Shown one piece after another: positions 51,125-62,880 of a stretch of DNA of 64,000 nt. How positions within the stretch are numbered: the stretch's first letter is position 1; the number at the start of each line of letters is the position of its first letter. This DNA is from Lytechinus pictus (Eukaryota). Where the stretch lies: assembly GCF_037042905.1 (NCBI RefSeq), contig NC_087250.1, forward strand, positions 27,406,001 to 27,470,000, given 5' to 3'. The notes below the pieces were generated by a model. That model was not told where the DNA came from. It did no database searches and saw only the letters and a list, made by a program, of their open reading frames with translations. Made by a program: the position numbers and the translations under genes.

Positions 51125-51816
51125 ATTGCCCTACTGGGAAGGGATTTTTAAGATATATGAAATAAAGTCCGCTCGCCGCTATTGCCTAATAATGCTTCGG
51201 CAATTCAACTGCAATTTCAGTCATTTCGCGATGGATATTGCCGTGTTTTTTTTGTGGTTCCTGACTTTGCTACTTAATGAAATTTCATAATTTTTGTTCA
51301 GTCATAAAGAAGAATGTCTATGCTTTATATTGATTATAATATTAATGTGACGCAAGTGTGATTTCTACGTGAAAATATGCTTTGTTTATTCACATATATT
51401 TCTTGAAAAAAAAAAAAAATTCTAAGCTAAATATCGGTTACCAAAATACGTTAAATGTGCACTTTTTTTCACTGTTCAGTAAACTCAAACTTTTATCTAT
51501 ATAACAAGACCAATATTAAGAGCAATAAACAATTTTAAGAGCAAAAAACGCTGATTGGAAAGATCGTTTCCAATGGGCTGCTGTCAGCTCAGCTGCTCTG
51601 CTCATTGTGTGACGTCACTCAGCTGGAGCTCGCAAGATGACCGGTGGAAGGCAGAAATATGGCATGAAAATAAATCATTTTTGAGAGCTGATTTCTGCAA
51701 ACTCTGATCACTATTTTGAAAAGTGAAGTTATATATCTGATTAGTAATACTTCCCCTTTACAATGATGACCACATAAAGTCATTATAAAATACTTTTGAT
51801 TCTTCGGTTGTATACT

Positions 51817-53413
51817 TTAAAACCTCTGATTCATTGGTTGGGTGAAAAAATATGGAATTATTGCAAGGGACTTTTAAAAATGAACTAAAATGGCACTTAG
51901 GGTTTTTAATATGTTGAGATTTAAGTTTGACAGCAATGCTAGAAAAATATAAATTAAATTCATTTACTATCGATTGAGGATCTGTTAACTTTCTTTCTTC
52001 TTTAAAAAAATAACTAGGATATTGACATTTTCTTTTCTTTCCTAATAGATTATTAATAACTTCCCAGGTTTTAGACATCTTGTTTCTATTCTTTTGTAAT
52101 AAATCACTAAAATAGGTTTTCCTCGCAGACTGTAAAATGGAGTTCAATTTATTTCTATAATGTTTATATTTATTTTCACTGATATTATTTCTTTTTTTGC
52201 AAAATATTTTATATAATCTATGCCTTTTATTTATACATTTTAGAAGTGAAGGCGTAACCCAAGGTTTTCGTGGGGTATTCTTTCTCTTTATTTTACGGGG
52301 AGCAAAATTATGTTTATACGTAGTTTTAAATAAATTTATAAAGGAGTTATATGCATTATCTACATCACATGCTGAGAATACTTCGTTCCATTCTAAAGTA
52401 GCTAAATCTTTCTTAAATGAACTTAAACTTGATGGATCTGTAAGTTTTACATAAAATAAAGACGTTGGTTCTTTGTATAATTTAATAGAAAGGTTGGTTA
52501 TTTGGAAAATGGGTAAATGATCAGTTATTCCACTATAAAAAACACCAGAATGAATATCTTTGTCGACTACATTTGTGAATATGTTATCAATCAATGTTAC
52601 AGACCGTTTACAAATTCTTGTTGGTTTGTCAATTAATGGACGAAGAGAATTATTATACATAATGTTTACAAAATCATTAATGTGTTGACAAGTATTATAT
52701 TTAAGAAGATCTACATTATAATCACCCATTAAAAAAATAGATTTATTTTCTGTGGATATTGTTCCAAGACAACTATTGAAATTTTCATTAAATTCAAGAA
52801 TGGGTTTATTAGGGTTTCTATATATAATACCAACAATAATATTTTTTGAACTATCCGAAATAATTTCAATAAAAAGAGATTCACAAATGGTTTCTGGTAA
52901 AGATATATCCTCTCTTACTTTAACATTAAGTGAATTATTAACCAAAAGTGCAACACCCCCACCTTTCCTACCTTGTCTGTCATTATGATAAAAAGTATAA
53001 TTATCTCTATTAAATAATAACGGGATATTTTCATTAATCCAGGTTTCACTAAAACCATATATAGAAAATTTTAACTTAATTTGATTAAGAAATTGATCAA
53101 TAGCGAAATAATTTTTGTTAAGACTTCTGGAATTAAAATGGAGAATACTAAAGTTATGTTTGTCATCAGTGGTAAAATCTGAATTATCATTGAAATCAAT
53201 AGGGAGCCAGTACTTAACAGGTTTATCAAATGTAAAAAAATTATTATCTGGATCAATATCATCAAGTATTCCACTCTCATCAGAATCAATATATGTCGAG
53301 AACATATCAAAATTATCATTATCAACGGTATCATATTGCACTTCAGAAAATATACATTTAAACTCTTCATCATTTACTTCATTGAAAGGAAAAATATATT
53401 GGAGAATATCCAT
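51817..53413 (-). pseudogene. LINE ORF2 5' part (AP endonuclease + linker)
   Basis: HFNSRSL, SETW, GGGVA, MGDYN, LIDNIF, TDHLPI, KPWVT. Confidence 0.93.
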
Positions 53414-53808
53414 ACAGTTGTATTTGCATGTTCACATTCACACTTCAATCAACATTCAAAGCATACACAGCAAAAATAAAAATAACAATTAGGAAATCAA
53501 ATATAACATAAAAAGTAAACATTAATATACAACAAGTAGGCATAGAAATATCAGAGTAACGTACAAATATATAAAGTGACAAAAATACAAGCAGATGAAA
53601 CATGTAGGTCAATAACCTTGGATGTATTATATAATAAAAGAAGTTATAGATTTACAAAAATATGACATGATTAAATGGTGACACTATATTCTCAGAAGAA
53701 TATACATGACTAATCAGGCGACTTCAGAAAGAAAAACTTCTACAACCATTTCAACGGTATGCAAAAAAGTACAAATATGTTCTTCAGCGTTCTTATGTAT
53801 TCGAAAGA

Positions 53809-54545
53809 TTATATATGATCAATGTCTTTCACAGAGTGTATCACTCTCTTCAGCGATTTGTTGTCTGAAGTTTTGACCGCTACAAGTATGCGTCCATCCA
53901 TCGACCAAGCCGATTGGATCTTACTTTCAGATTTTCTGCAAGCTCGTTGGGCTTCCCACAGAAGTGATCTGTTAGTAACAGTCAAGTCCTCAAAGATGCT
54001 GAAGCCAGTATTGCTTTCTTTTAGTTTCTTCTTATTTTGTAGCAGTAGTCTTCGCAGTCGGTATGAAATGAGTTTAACAATAATTGCACGCGGTTTCCTT
54101 GGCAACCCTTCTGGTGGTCCCATACGCCGGCGAACTCGATGACATCTGTCAATATCCTCCTCCTTGAGATTGACTCCAAGATGTTTCCTGGCGATCTCAC
54201 GTACCGTCTCAGTTCCTTTTCTTGTTCAGGGACTCCAAAGATGCGTACACAGTTTCTTCGGGAATACTGTTCCTGATCATTTAATTGGTGCTGTAACTTC
54301 ACATTTCTTTCCTCACAGGTTTGTCGCTGCTTCTGAAGATGCTTCAAATCATGCTCAATGTTTTCAATTTTACTTTGAAGATCCATGATGACACCATCCT
54401 GTTTATCCAGTCTAAGAATCAAAGATTGGAGTTTAACATCCATTGCTTCACAGATGGTTCTTTTAATAGTTGATAGAACTTCATCATCCATTAGAACCTC
54501 CTTTACTTGGCTCTTTAGTATGGCATCAGAGCGTGTTTCAGGCAT
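53809..54545 (-). pseudogene. LINE ORF1 (coiled coil + L1-ORF1-like RRM region), one frameshift near 54215
   Basis: QEQYSRRNCVRIFGVPE, then KPRAIIVKL, IFEDLT and SAWSMDGRI in a second frame. Confidence 0.85.
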
Positions 54546-54961
54546 TGTGTGGAGAGGTGGTTCCAAGTGTTTAATCCGATGCAATACAAAAGATAATCCA
54601 GGATGAAAGGGTAATGTCACAAAAGGTCAGTGATGAAGTACAGTGACCCCTCAAATCAATGCTGGATTAGGTCCCAGGTAAGCTTAGGCTTGAAGCAAAG
54701 ATAAACCCTACTCCAAAAGGTATATGCTGGGACTGGGTTGAAGATAACTCACAGAAGCAGGTAAGAAAATTCAGCAAATAAATGTTACAAAGTCCGCTTA
54801 TATGTCACCAAAGTACATCCAGGTCATGACTTGGTTGACTAAGATCTTCCTAAAGGTGAGAATGCATCACACTTCCATATACAAAGTGTAAAAAGGTAGA
54901 TATTCAGGTAGATATTCTGATGTGATATAGAGCTGATATAGAGCTAGTGTGCATGCACACT

Positions 54962-55087
<126 letters not shown>

Positions 55088-56808
55088 GAAGGAAGGAAGA
55101 AAAAAAAAGGAAAGAAAAATAGGGGTACTAACTACGAAGAAGGTTACGACTTTTAGAGTAAAGACAACCAGTTGGCAAATCCAAGTCCATGTAGCCAGGC
55201 TTAGAGCCCTACTAGTCAGCAAAATACAAAGGACAAAACAGATGGAGCTATAATAACACACAAAGTAAGCCCCCGGTCCTCCCCCAATATAATTGAGTTT
55301 GCAAATTATACCACAATTATTGACGATTTAACAAACACATTAGTTTTGTAAAATTAGAAGCAAGACTAGGTAAATAAATATGGGGTGGGATGAATTTTCA
55401 AGGTTTAAATTGAATAATCAAAGCCAAAGTATAGTTGGCAAATTATAAAGTGGGCCTATTAAAGTGGCAGAACACTATACGCTCTACCAGTCAACAAAGT
55501 GATATACAAGTACTGCCCCGTTTCAGATCTGAAAATAACAGAACTAAAGACTTAAAAAACTGGTAACTCTTCAGTTGGCAAATTCATGAAGACAAGTCTA
55601 CAACTTGTAGACTTGTCTACAAGTTTGCAGTTGGCAAAAAACACAAAAATGTTCTAAGTTATTTTTACTAAATTCTGTCGCCGAAGATTTTTTTTTAATT
55701 TATGGTGTCAGAATGTGCTTGGGGTGGGGATGGGTGGGAGTGGGGGCAGGTTGGAGTTGCATCATTCCTGGTGCTCTTATTGTCTGACTAATGAGATATA
55801 TAGTCCTGTTGTATTTTAAGTCCATATTAAGATTATGCACCAAATTATCTCCTCGCACTTCAAGTTATTATTGTTTTATGTAGTGCCATATGCTTTTTTC
55901 ATGACTATATACTTAAAGTGATTGCCCCCTTTTAAGGCCTTAATAAAACATTTCCAGTCTGTGCTTACGTCCGCATTGGTGTGGACCGATATAGATACAG
56001 GGCTGGTGTTAAATCAACACTGGCGTTTTTGCAGTGCACGAATTCCTAAAGACAGTCCTTAAAATGTCCCTTTTTCTGATCTAATTATAACAAATGGCTT
56101 GTCATTTGGGCACTTTTTGGAGTTTTAAAAGTGAAATACGAAGGCTTTCGTGCACACTTTTGGTGAATTTTGTGATAATTTTCACTAGAAAAATAAGTTT
56201 TTAAAAATTTAGGGGTCATCATGCCCCCGTATTGTCGTTGCGAGCATTTTGGGGCCAGGGTGAAATCGCCCCAAACGCCTCAAACAGACATTCCAAAATG
56301 TATTTGAAGTGCATTATTAGAACTGAAACTTATCTCTACACCAGGAAAAATTAACTTAACAAAATAAGCAACAAGAAATATTTATAAAAAGTAGAAGGGC
56401 CTGTACAAGTACACTGATATTTCACTCTCTCAGCTCATATGCACTTGATCGACTTCCATCGAAGATTCGGGCTAAATTCCGCCCGCCACTTCCGGGGACC
56501 AACCAACGTAGTATTTCGATGAAGAGCACTCCGTCGATTCACCGGTTGTCCCTACGATACACGCGCGCCTATGGGGATTGTGAACTGTAGGAAAAATCGT
56601 ATAAAATTACACTTTTTGATATTTCTACGAAGACGAAGTTATATAGAAAATGAAGAATATTACAATCAGACCATATCCCTAGAAAATTGCTTCAAGAAAT
56701 GTCATTATGAAGAGGAAATGGACAAAAATTTGTGAAGAAAAATCACGAAAAAGGAAATCGCATCATGAATATTGATATCATGGGCGGTCCCACATTTGCA
56801 TGTTATAG

Positions 56809-57879
56809 CGAGTTTTCCATTATTTAATAAATAATGGCATTATTTAATAAATAATGGTTATTTGTATATAAATAATGATTATTTGTATATAATGGCAAAC
56901 TGTAAAAATTGTTTATAAATAATGATTATTTATAAATAATGGGATATTGAAACTAAATTATTATTTATAAATAATGAAGTAGATATTTCATTATTTAACA
57001 AATAATCTTTATTTATAAATAATGGAAAACTCGAACATTAAATAATGATTATTTATAAATAATGAGAATAATGGTGCACTCGAAAAAATTATTTATAAAT
57101 AATGAAGTAGACGTTTTCATTATTTAACAAATAATCATTATTTATAAATAATGGAAAACTCAACAAATTATTTATAATTAAAGAAATGTGCACTGGCATT
57201 GATAATAAATAATAATTATTTATAAATAATAGAAAACTTATTTATAAATAACGGAAAAACGAATTGCAATTATTTATAAATAATTTAGTATGTAGTGTCA
57301 TTATTTATAAATAATGAAGTATGTAGTGTCATTATTTATAAATAATATAAAAACAAATAATCATTATTTATAAATAATGAAAAACAAATAATCATTGTTT
57401 ATAAATAATGAAAAACAAATAATCATTATTTATAAATAATGAAAAACAAATAATCATTATTTATAAATAATGAAAAACAAATAATCATTATTTGTAAATA
57501 ATGAAAAACAAATAATCATTATTGATAAATAATGAAAAACAAATAATCATTATTTACAAATAATGAAAAACAAATAATCATTATTTGTAAATAATGAAAA
57601 ACAAATAATCATTATTTATAAATAATGAAAAACAAATAATCATTATTTATAAATGATAAAAAACAAATAATTATTATTTATAAATAATGGAATGTCGAAC
57701 TATTATTATTTACAAATATTACTTGGAATTATATATAAATAATTAGAAATGATATTTTATATAATAGTAGTTATTTACAAATAAAATGTAAATTATATAT
57801 AAATAATAGTTATTATTTAATAAATAGTGATTATATAACAAATAATTGTTCTATATAATATTGGTACATTCGGCGCTCA
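56809..57879. repeat. AT-rich array of palindromic ATTATTTATAAATAAT, with a ~31-bp tandem unit at 57330-57690
   Basis: Unit TAATGAAAAACAAATAATCATTATTTATAAA repeated about 10 times; block flanked by TATAG at 56804-56808 and 57880-57884. Confidence 0.8.
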
Positions 57880-58573
57880 TATAGTGGTTATTACATGAAT
57901 GGAACAAAAAATTGATTCCATTGACTCGAAATCCTCCGGAGCACTGCCACTGGAATTGGTGTCAAACGATGCTATTATATCTGCGAGCGTGCGCCGGAGG
58001 TTCGTGCGTATGAAAGAAAGAGCGTGATTGGTTGTAAGCTAGTCAGTCCGCAAATCACGCTAGTAGTGCTGTATTGTGATTGGTTATTTTCACCGAGGAA
58101 ATGAGAAAATCTCGGCAGTTTTTGTATGATATTTTTCATTTTTTTTAGAAAACGTGCAAGTGTTGTCTCTGACGAGTTCGACATATGATTTTAGAATTAT
58201 TTTTTACACATGTCGACAAAGTTGTAGGTAGATACAAAATTTGAGGCACGAAACGGAAGAAAAAAGCACCTCGGCCCGCGGTCTATATTTTGTTCACCTG
58301 AAGGTTTTATTCAGCTTGGGTCGGCTGTATTTGGCAGTTAATGATACGCGTACCGCCTTGACCGAACTGTGCGAAGTCTGTGTGGTCTGTGTGGTAGAGA
58401 TAGGCCGGGCCGTAAACACTACTTCTTGGGGGTGCATAAATTGCCCTAATTAAGTTTATTATTTGTGACAAAATAGAATCACTGTAATTTGTTTATGATA
58501 TTAACTGTGGTACGACATAAGGATAACGGAGCAGCTTCTGTTTATGTTAAGATATAGACATATAGGAAGTTTT

Positions 58574-58708
58574 CTTTCCTCCTATGTGTTACAACGTCGG
58601 AAAGTTAATTTCTTTTCTTTATCTACCTCAGGTGACAAATACTGAAAAATAACAACAATGACAAAAGATTGAACATGTTTGGTCAGAGCTGGGCAATGAT
58701 TATTAGCT
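58574..58708 (-). repeat. Split direct repeat B2 (135 bp)
   Basis: Identical by eye to 60396-60530. Confidence 0.95.
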
Positions 58709-58831
58709 CGCTGTTTATTCAATAGACTCATATTTGTTCAGGATGATACGAACATTGCAAAGTATGCATAAGCAAAAACACAGCCAAGAAAATTAACTCG
58801 ACAACAATGATAAAGGATTGGGATTTGAAGC

Positions 58832-59808
58832 TTAAATCCCGAGGGATTGTGAAGGAAGAAGATTTGACGTTGCGTCTGATTCTATGTATGTGTCCCTGGC
58901 TTTGTCTGACTTCCAACGGCCATGTCGTGAAATCAGAAAGGGAGAAACTCGATTGTTACTAGCAGATGAAGCTCCACCCGACCGGAGACTGTGCAAACCG
59001 AACTTAGAGACGTCGGGAACAAAGGGCTTCAACGCCTCCAGGACAATCTCGCGACTTCTGGTGTAACTTAGGCCGTGAGAAGTGGCGACTAGACCGCGTT
59101 TGGAACGAGCAAGCCTGCGAATCACTGGTAGGTGAGAATGAGGAGGATCGCCTAAAGCTGCGAAATATCGCTCGGCTATAATGACGGGACAGGTCGGGTT
59201 GGATGTCCTAGCAATGGTAACATCTCTGCCTTGGCGGAATTGATCGGTTTTAGAAGAGGGTAAGTGTAGAACTAATCTGTCATGATGAAGAGTGCAGTCC
59301 TTCCTTCTTTTCCTGCTAAGGTCGTCGAAGCGTAGGAATCCAGCATAAGAAATGAAGCATATAAACAAAATGCGTAGATCAGCTAAAGATGCATTGAGCT
59401 GACCGTGTGATGCGCGAAGATGGGACAGGATTTCTGGTGTAACAGGCTCCTTACGACAAACAGAGTCCGGTTATACCCCTGCACTGCTGTTTTTACCATA
59501 GGGTCATCTGTGGGTGAAGGAAGGCCTGCGAGACTGTGCGCCCATTTCACTGACGCGACAAGGGAATCTGCTAGAGTCTTGGCTCCGCTAACGGAAGACA
59601 GGTGGGAAAGGTATAGACAGAGGTGGTACGCTTGGACTGGAAATGTGGGTAGAGATTTGGAGCTCGCCCACTGGACCCATTTGTCCCAACGGGATTTGTA
59701 TTTTGATGTGGTAGATGAAGCTTTGGCAGACATGAGTAGGGATGGAAGAACATCAGCGGCTAGGCTGCGTAGATGCGGATCGGAGATGGAGTCTTGCTGG
59801 CGGACCAT
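58832..59808 (-). pseudogene. Tyrosine recombinase, frameshift near 59460
   Basis: N-terminal STTSKYKSRWDKW; catalytic set AGFLRFDDL (R), SKTDQ (K), HSLRSGGAS (HxxR), HGRW, RDTY (Y). Confidence 0.93.
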
Positions 59809-60267
59809 GTTTCTGAAAGTTAGCTCATGAGAGCAAGAGAATTAGACAAAATTAATAAAAAGAAATCAGTCGAAAGACTGACATACATACTGTAACAGTA
59901 AGCAGAGTGAGAAATTTCAAGAAACAAAGTAATGAGTAGAACCAAAAGCTGCTTAATACGTACTCTTTCAAAAGTAGGTATCCAAAAGACCTAGATTTAA
60001 TCAAAAGAATAACAATGCGACAGGAAACGAATAAGGAGGATGCAAGGCGCCCAGTACCTGACTAGTGTACGAGACACTAGTACTCGGAGGCCACGAAAAA
60101 CCCCCATATTAGTTCATGGAGGAAACGTGGTTGCGTCCCAGGGTACCGAGCGAGGGCGCACTCCCTTGCTCCTTGCTCCTGAATACTAAGTAATGCAAGT
60201 TTGACCAGGGGAGGGGGGGGGGGGGTGAGGGGAAACCCGTAAGAACAAAAAAAGGGGGGTGGGAAGT

Positions 60268-60530
60268 CGAGCTAATAATGCTGAGCCGAGAATGGAAAAG
60301 ATATGCGTGTTAGCGCAACGAGAAAACTCGAAATACGCAGTTACGTAAGAAACACAAAAGGAACACCTTGCGTTGGATACCGAAAAGAAATTCCACTTTC
60401 CTCCTATGTGTTACAACGTCGGAAAGTTAATTTCTTTTCTTTATCTACCTCAGGTGACAAATACTGAAAAATAACAACAATGACAAAAGATTGAACATGT
60501 TTGGTCAGAGCTGGGCAATGATTATTAGCT
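60268..60530 (-). repeat. Internal B1-A2 junction repeat
   Basis: A2 60268-60398 and B1 60396-60530 overlap by CTT. Confidence 0.95.
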
Positions 60531-60899
60531 ATCGAGAAACGCAAAAGAAGGCATAACAGATAGGGTAAAAAGTTGCCAGGAACTTAAATTGACCTAAGCA
60601 AGGTGTGATTACAATGCAAGCAAGGGCTGCACATCACCTAGGCATGCAAATCTGCCTGTATATCACAAAACGGGGGGGGGGGGGGGTGACTAGGCACACA
60701 AATTGGCCTGGATAGAATAAATAGAGATAATGATAGGTACGCAAATCAGCCTCGATAGAACAAAATAATAATATTATTGGCCCGCAAATCGGCCTGTATC
60801 GTACAAAAGAAGGAACGAAGGGCGCACAAATCGGCCTGTATAATGCAAAAAGCTAATATCGTAATATGAGTACTTGATCATGATAAGGACTCGTTTGCT

Positions 60900-62880
60900 T
60901 CAAATACAATTTGGACAATAACCCAAGTCAGCAGAACAAAAACCGGTGTTTGAAGTTCTAGGCGAGCGCTTAAAATCGTATCGTAATGCTAGGGTAAAAA
61001 ATGACGGTTGCTCGCAAAACACATCTTTGTCTTTGTGCAAGGAGGAGGGAGTAAATGAAGCATTTAATATCCTCCAATCGTGAATGTGCGCATCAAAATG
61101 GATGCCGTCGGGGCAAATGAAAGGCCAGAAATGGGAGGTAGGCCAACGGGGAACTATCAGCGTGTCGATAGCGCTACAAGCAGCCATGCGCTTTATTACT
61201 TGAATAATGAACGATACTGGCGGGCAGAGGTAATTGTTTTCAAATTCCCAATTTTGACAAAATGCGTCCACGGCGGAAACGCCCCGGCAAAAAAAATCTT
61301 GCGTTAAAATTGGGAAGTTTGGCATTGTGGGGGGAGGCAAACCTATCGACTGTAAGTGGCCCCCACAAGTTGTCTACTTGTGAGAAAGAATGATCGTCGA
61401 TAGACCAGTCGTCATAATCACGATATTTACTGATCTTGTCTGCTAAAATATTTTCTCTCCTGGGTAACCATTCCGGTGAAATAACAATATCGTGCAACTG
61501 ACAGTAAGAGAAAATATCAAGCGCGATACGATGAAGATCGGACTTAACACTACCATAGTTAATGATTCGAGGCACGTTGGAATTATCAGAGAACCACTTG
61601 ATTTTTTGGTTAAAGCAATGGCTGGAAAATGCTTTGAGTGAGCGATAAACAGCGGTCAATTCGCGCCAAGTGGAACTCTGAAGTTTCTCAGAAGGTGACC
61701 ACAAACTGTGGACGCGCAGGTGTGAATGATCTTGGACATGAGCACCAAAACCAAGATCGCTGGCGTCAGAAAATATTTGCATGGTCGGTACAAGGCGATA
61801 TGAAAGTGCAAATCCATTAAGCGAAAAAATGTTGGCAGACCAAAAAACCAGTTCATTGAGCACAGATTCGGAAATAAAAATAAAATCGGACCATGAAGAC
61901 CGAGATTCGATTGCGCGATAAGTTGCGCGCGTCATCAATCTCGCCACCGGACCGAGAGCTAGATTTATTGAAATGACGTGTCCGGCGAATGAGGCCAATT
62001 TTCTCCCTGGGACAGGAGCAGCAGCCTTAGAAAATGAGACAAGCTCGTCAGTGCTCTGAACTAAGTTTATTAGTTTCGACTGAGGTACAAAAATCGAGCG
62101 TGATGGTGAATCGATGAGGAATCCTAAGTAAAGAATTCTACTAGATGGGTTCCAAGCAAGCACACTTTGCTTCATTGGGAACGAAACCGCTGCGCCGGAT
62201 AGTTTGCCTTACTACTGCCAAATTTGCTAAAGCGGATTCATAAGACGTTGAAATGATGAGGCCGTCATCAATATACATGTAAGCAATTATACCATGTGAA
62301 CGCCAGTGGTACACTAGTGGCCTTGTCAATTTAGTGAACAAATAACATGCGTTGTTGAGCCCAAAAGGCAGTACAGTGAATACATAATAACGTACTACGG
62401 AATCAGAATGGGTCCAAGAAAACCCTAAAAATTGCTGGTGGGGGGGAAATATGTCGACATGGTGATAGCCGGACTTTAAATCAAATGAGAAATAAAATTG
62501 CTCGGAACCAAGCACTTGCGCAATATGAGTGAGATCTTCATATTTAAATTTAGATTGAGCAACGAACTGATTTGTGTGACGTAAATCCAAAACTAGGCAT
62601 ATTTTTTTTGCCTTCGGCAACGGTTAGAGGGTTACAGCAATAAGGGCGTTGCTTTACTTCTACTGCACATCTGTTTTGTATCAATTCAGAGATGGCACTT
62701 TCAACAAAATCTGGGTGATCCAAACTGGACTTGTTATTCTTGCTATAAAATGGGGGAGGTACTTTATCAAAGGGGATTTTATAACCGTACTCGATAATAT
62801 CGCAAACAAACTTGGAAGCTTTTAATTCACTTTTCCAGAATGCTAAACATTCTCTCAATTTACCTTGCACGCCTGAAGGC
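60900..62880 (-). pseudogene. DIRS/PAT pol: RT, RNase H and Dam-methyltransferase-like domain, three frameshifts
   Basis: LVLDLR, FDLKSGYHH, LPFGL, YIDD; FSDAS, STWREL, FSDN, NILADKISK; VDRFAS, VDAFCQNW, NYLCPP. Confidence 0.93.

Larger units (their letters stand above)
48038..51816. mobile_element. Kolobok-like non-autonomous DNA transposon, 3779 bp
   Basis: TTAA at 48034-48037 and 51817-51820; TIR AGTATACATCCAAAGAA vs AGTATACAACCGAAGAA (15/17); splits the LINE peptide SEVL|NIVK. Confidence 0.9.
46270..54961 (-). mobile_element. Full-length CR1/L2-group LINE (Crack/Daphne-like) interrupted by a TTAA DNA transposon
   Basis: ORF1 + APE/RT ORF2; 3' end AATAAAATTGAAATTGAATTGAA; both ends abut GAAA repeats. 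Confidence 0.9.

Noticed and set aside
57980..58100. Promoter suggested by two reverse CCAAT boxes
   Set aside because: No linked gene or start site is visible; may belong to a repeat
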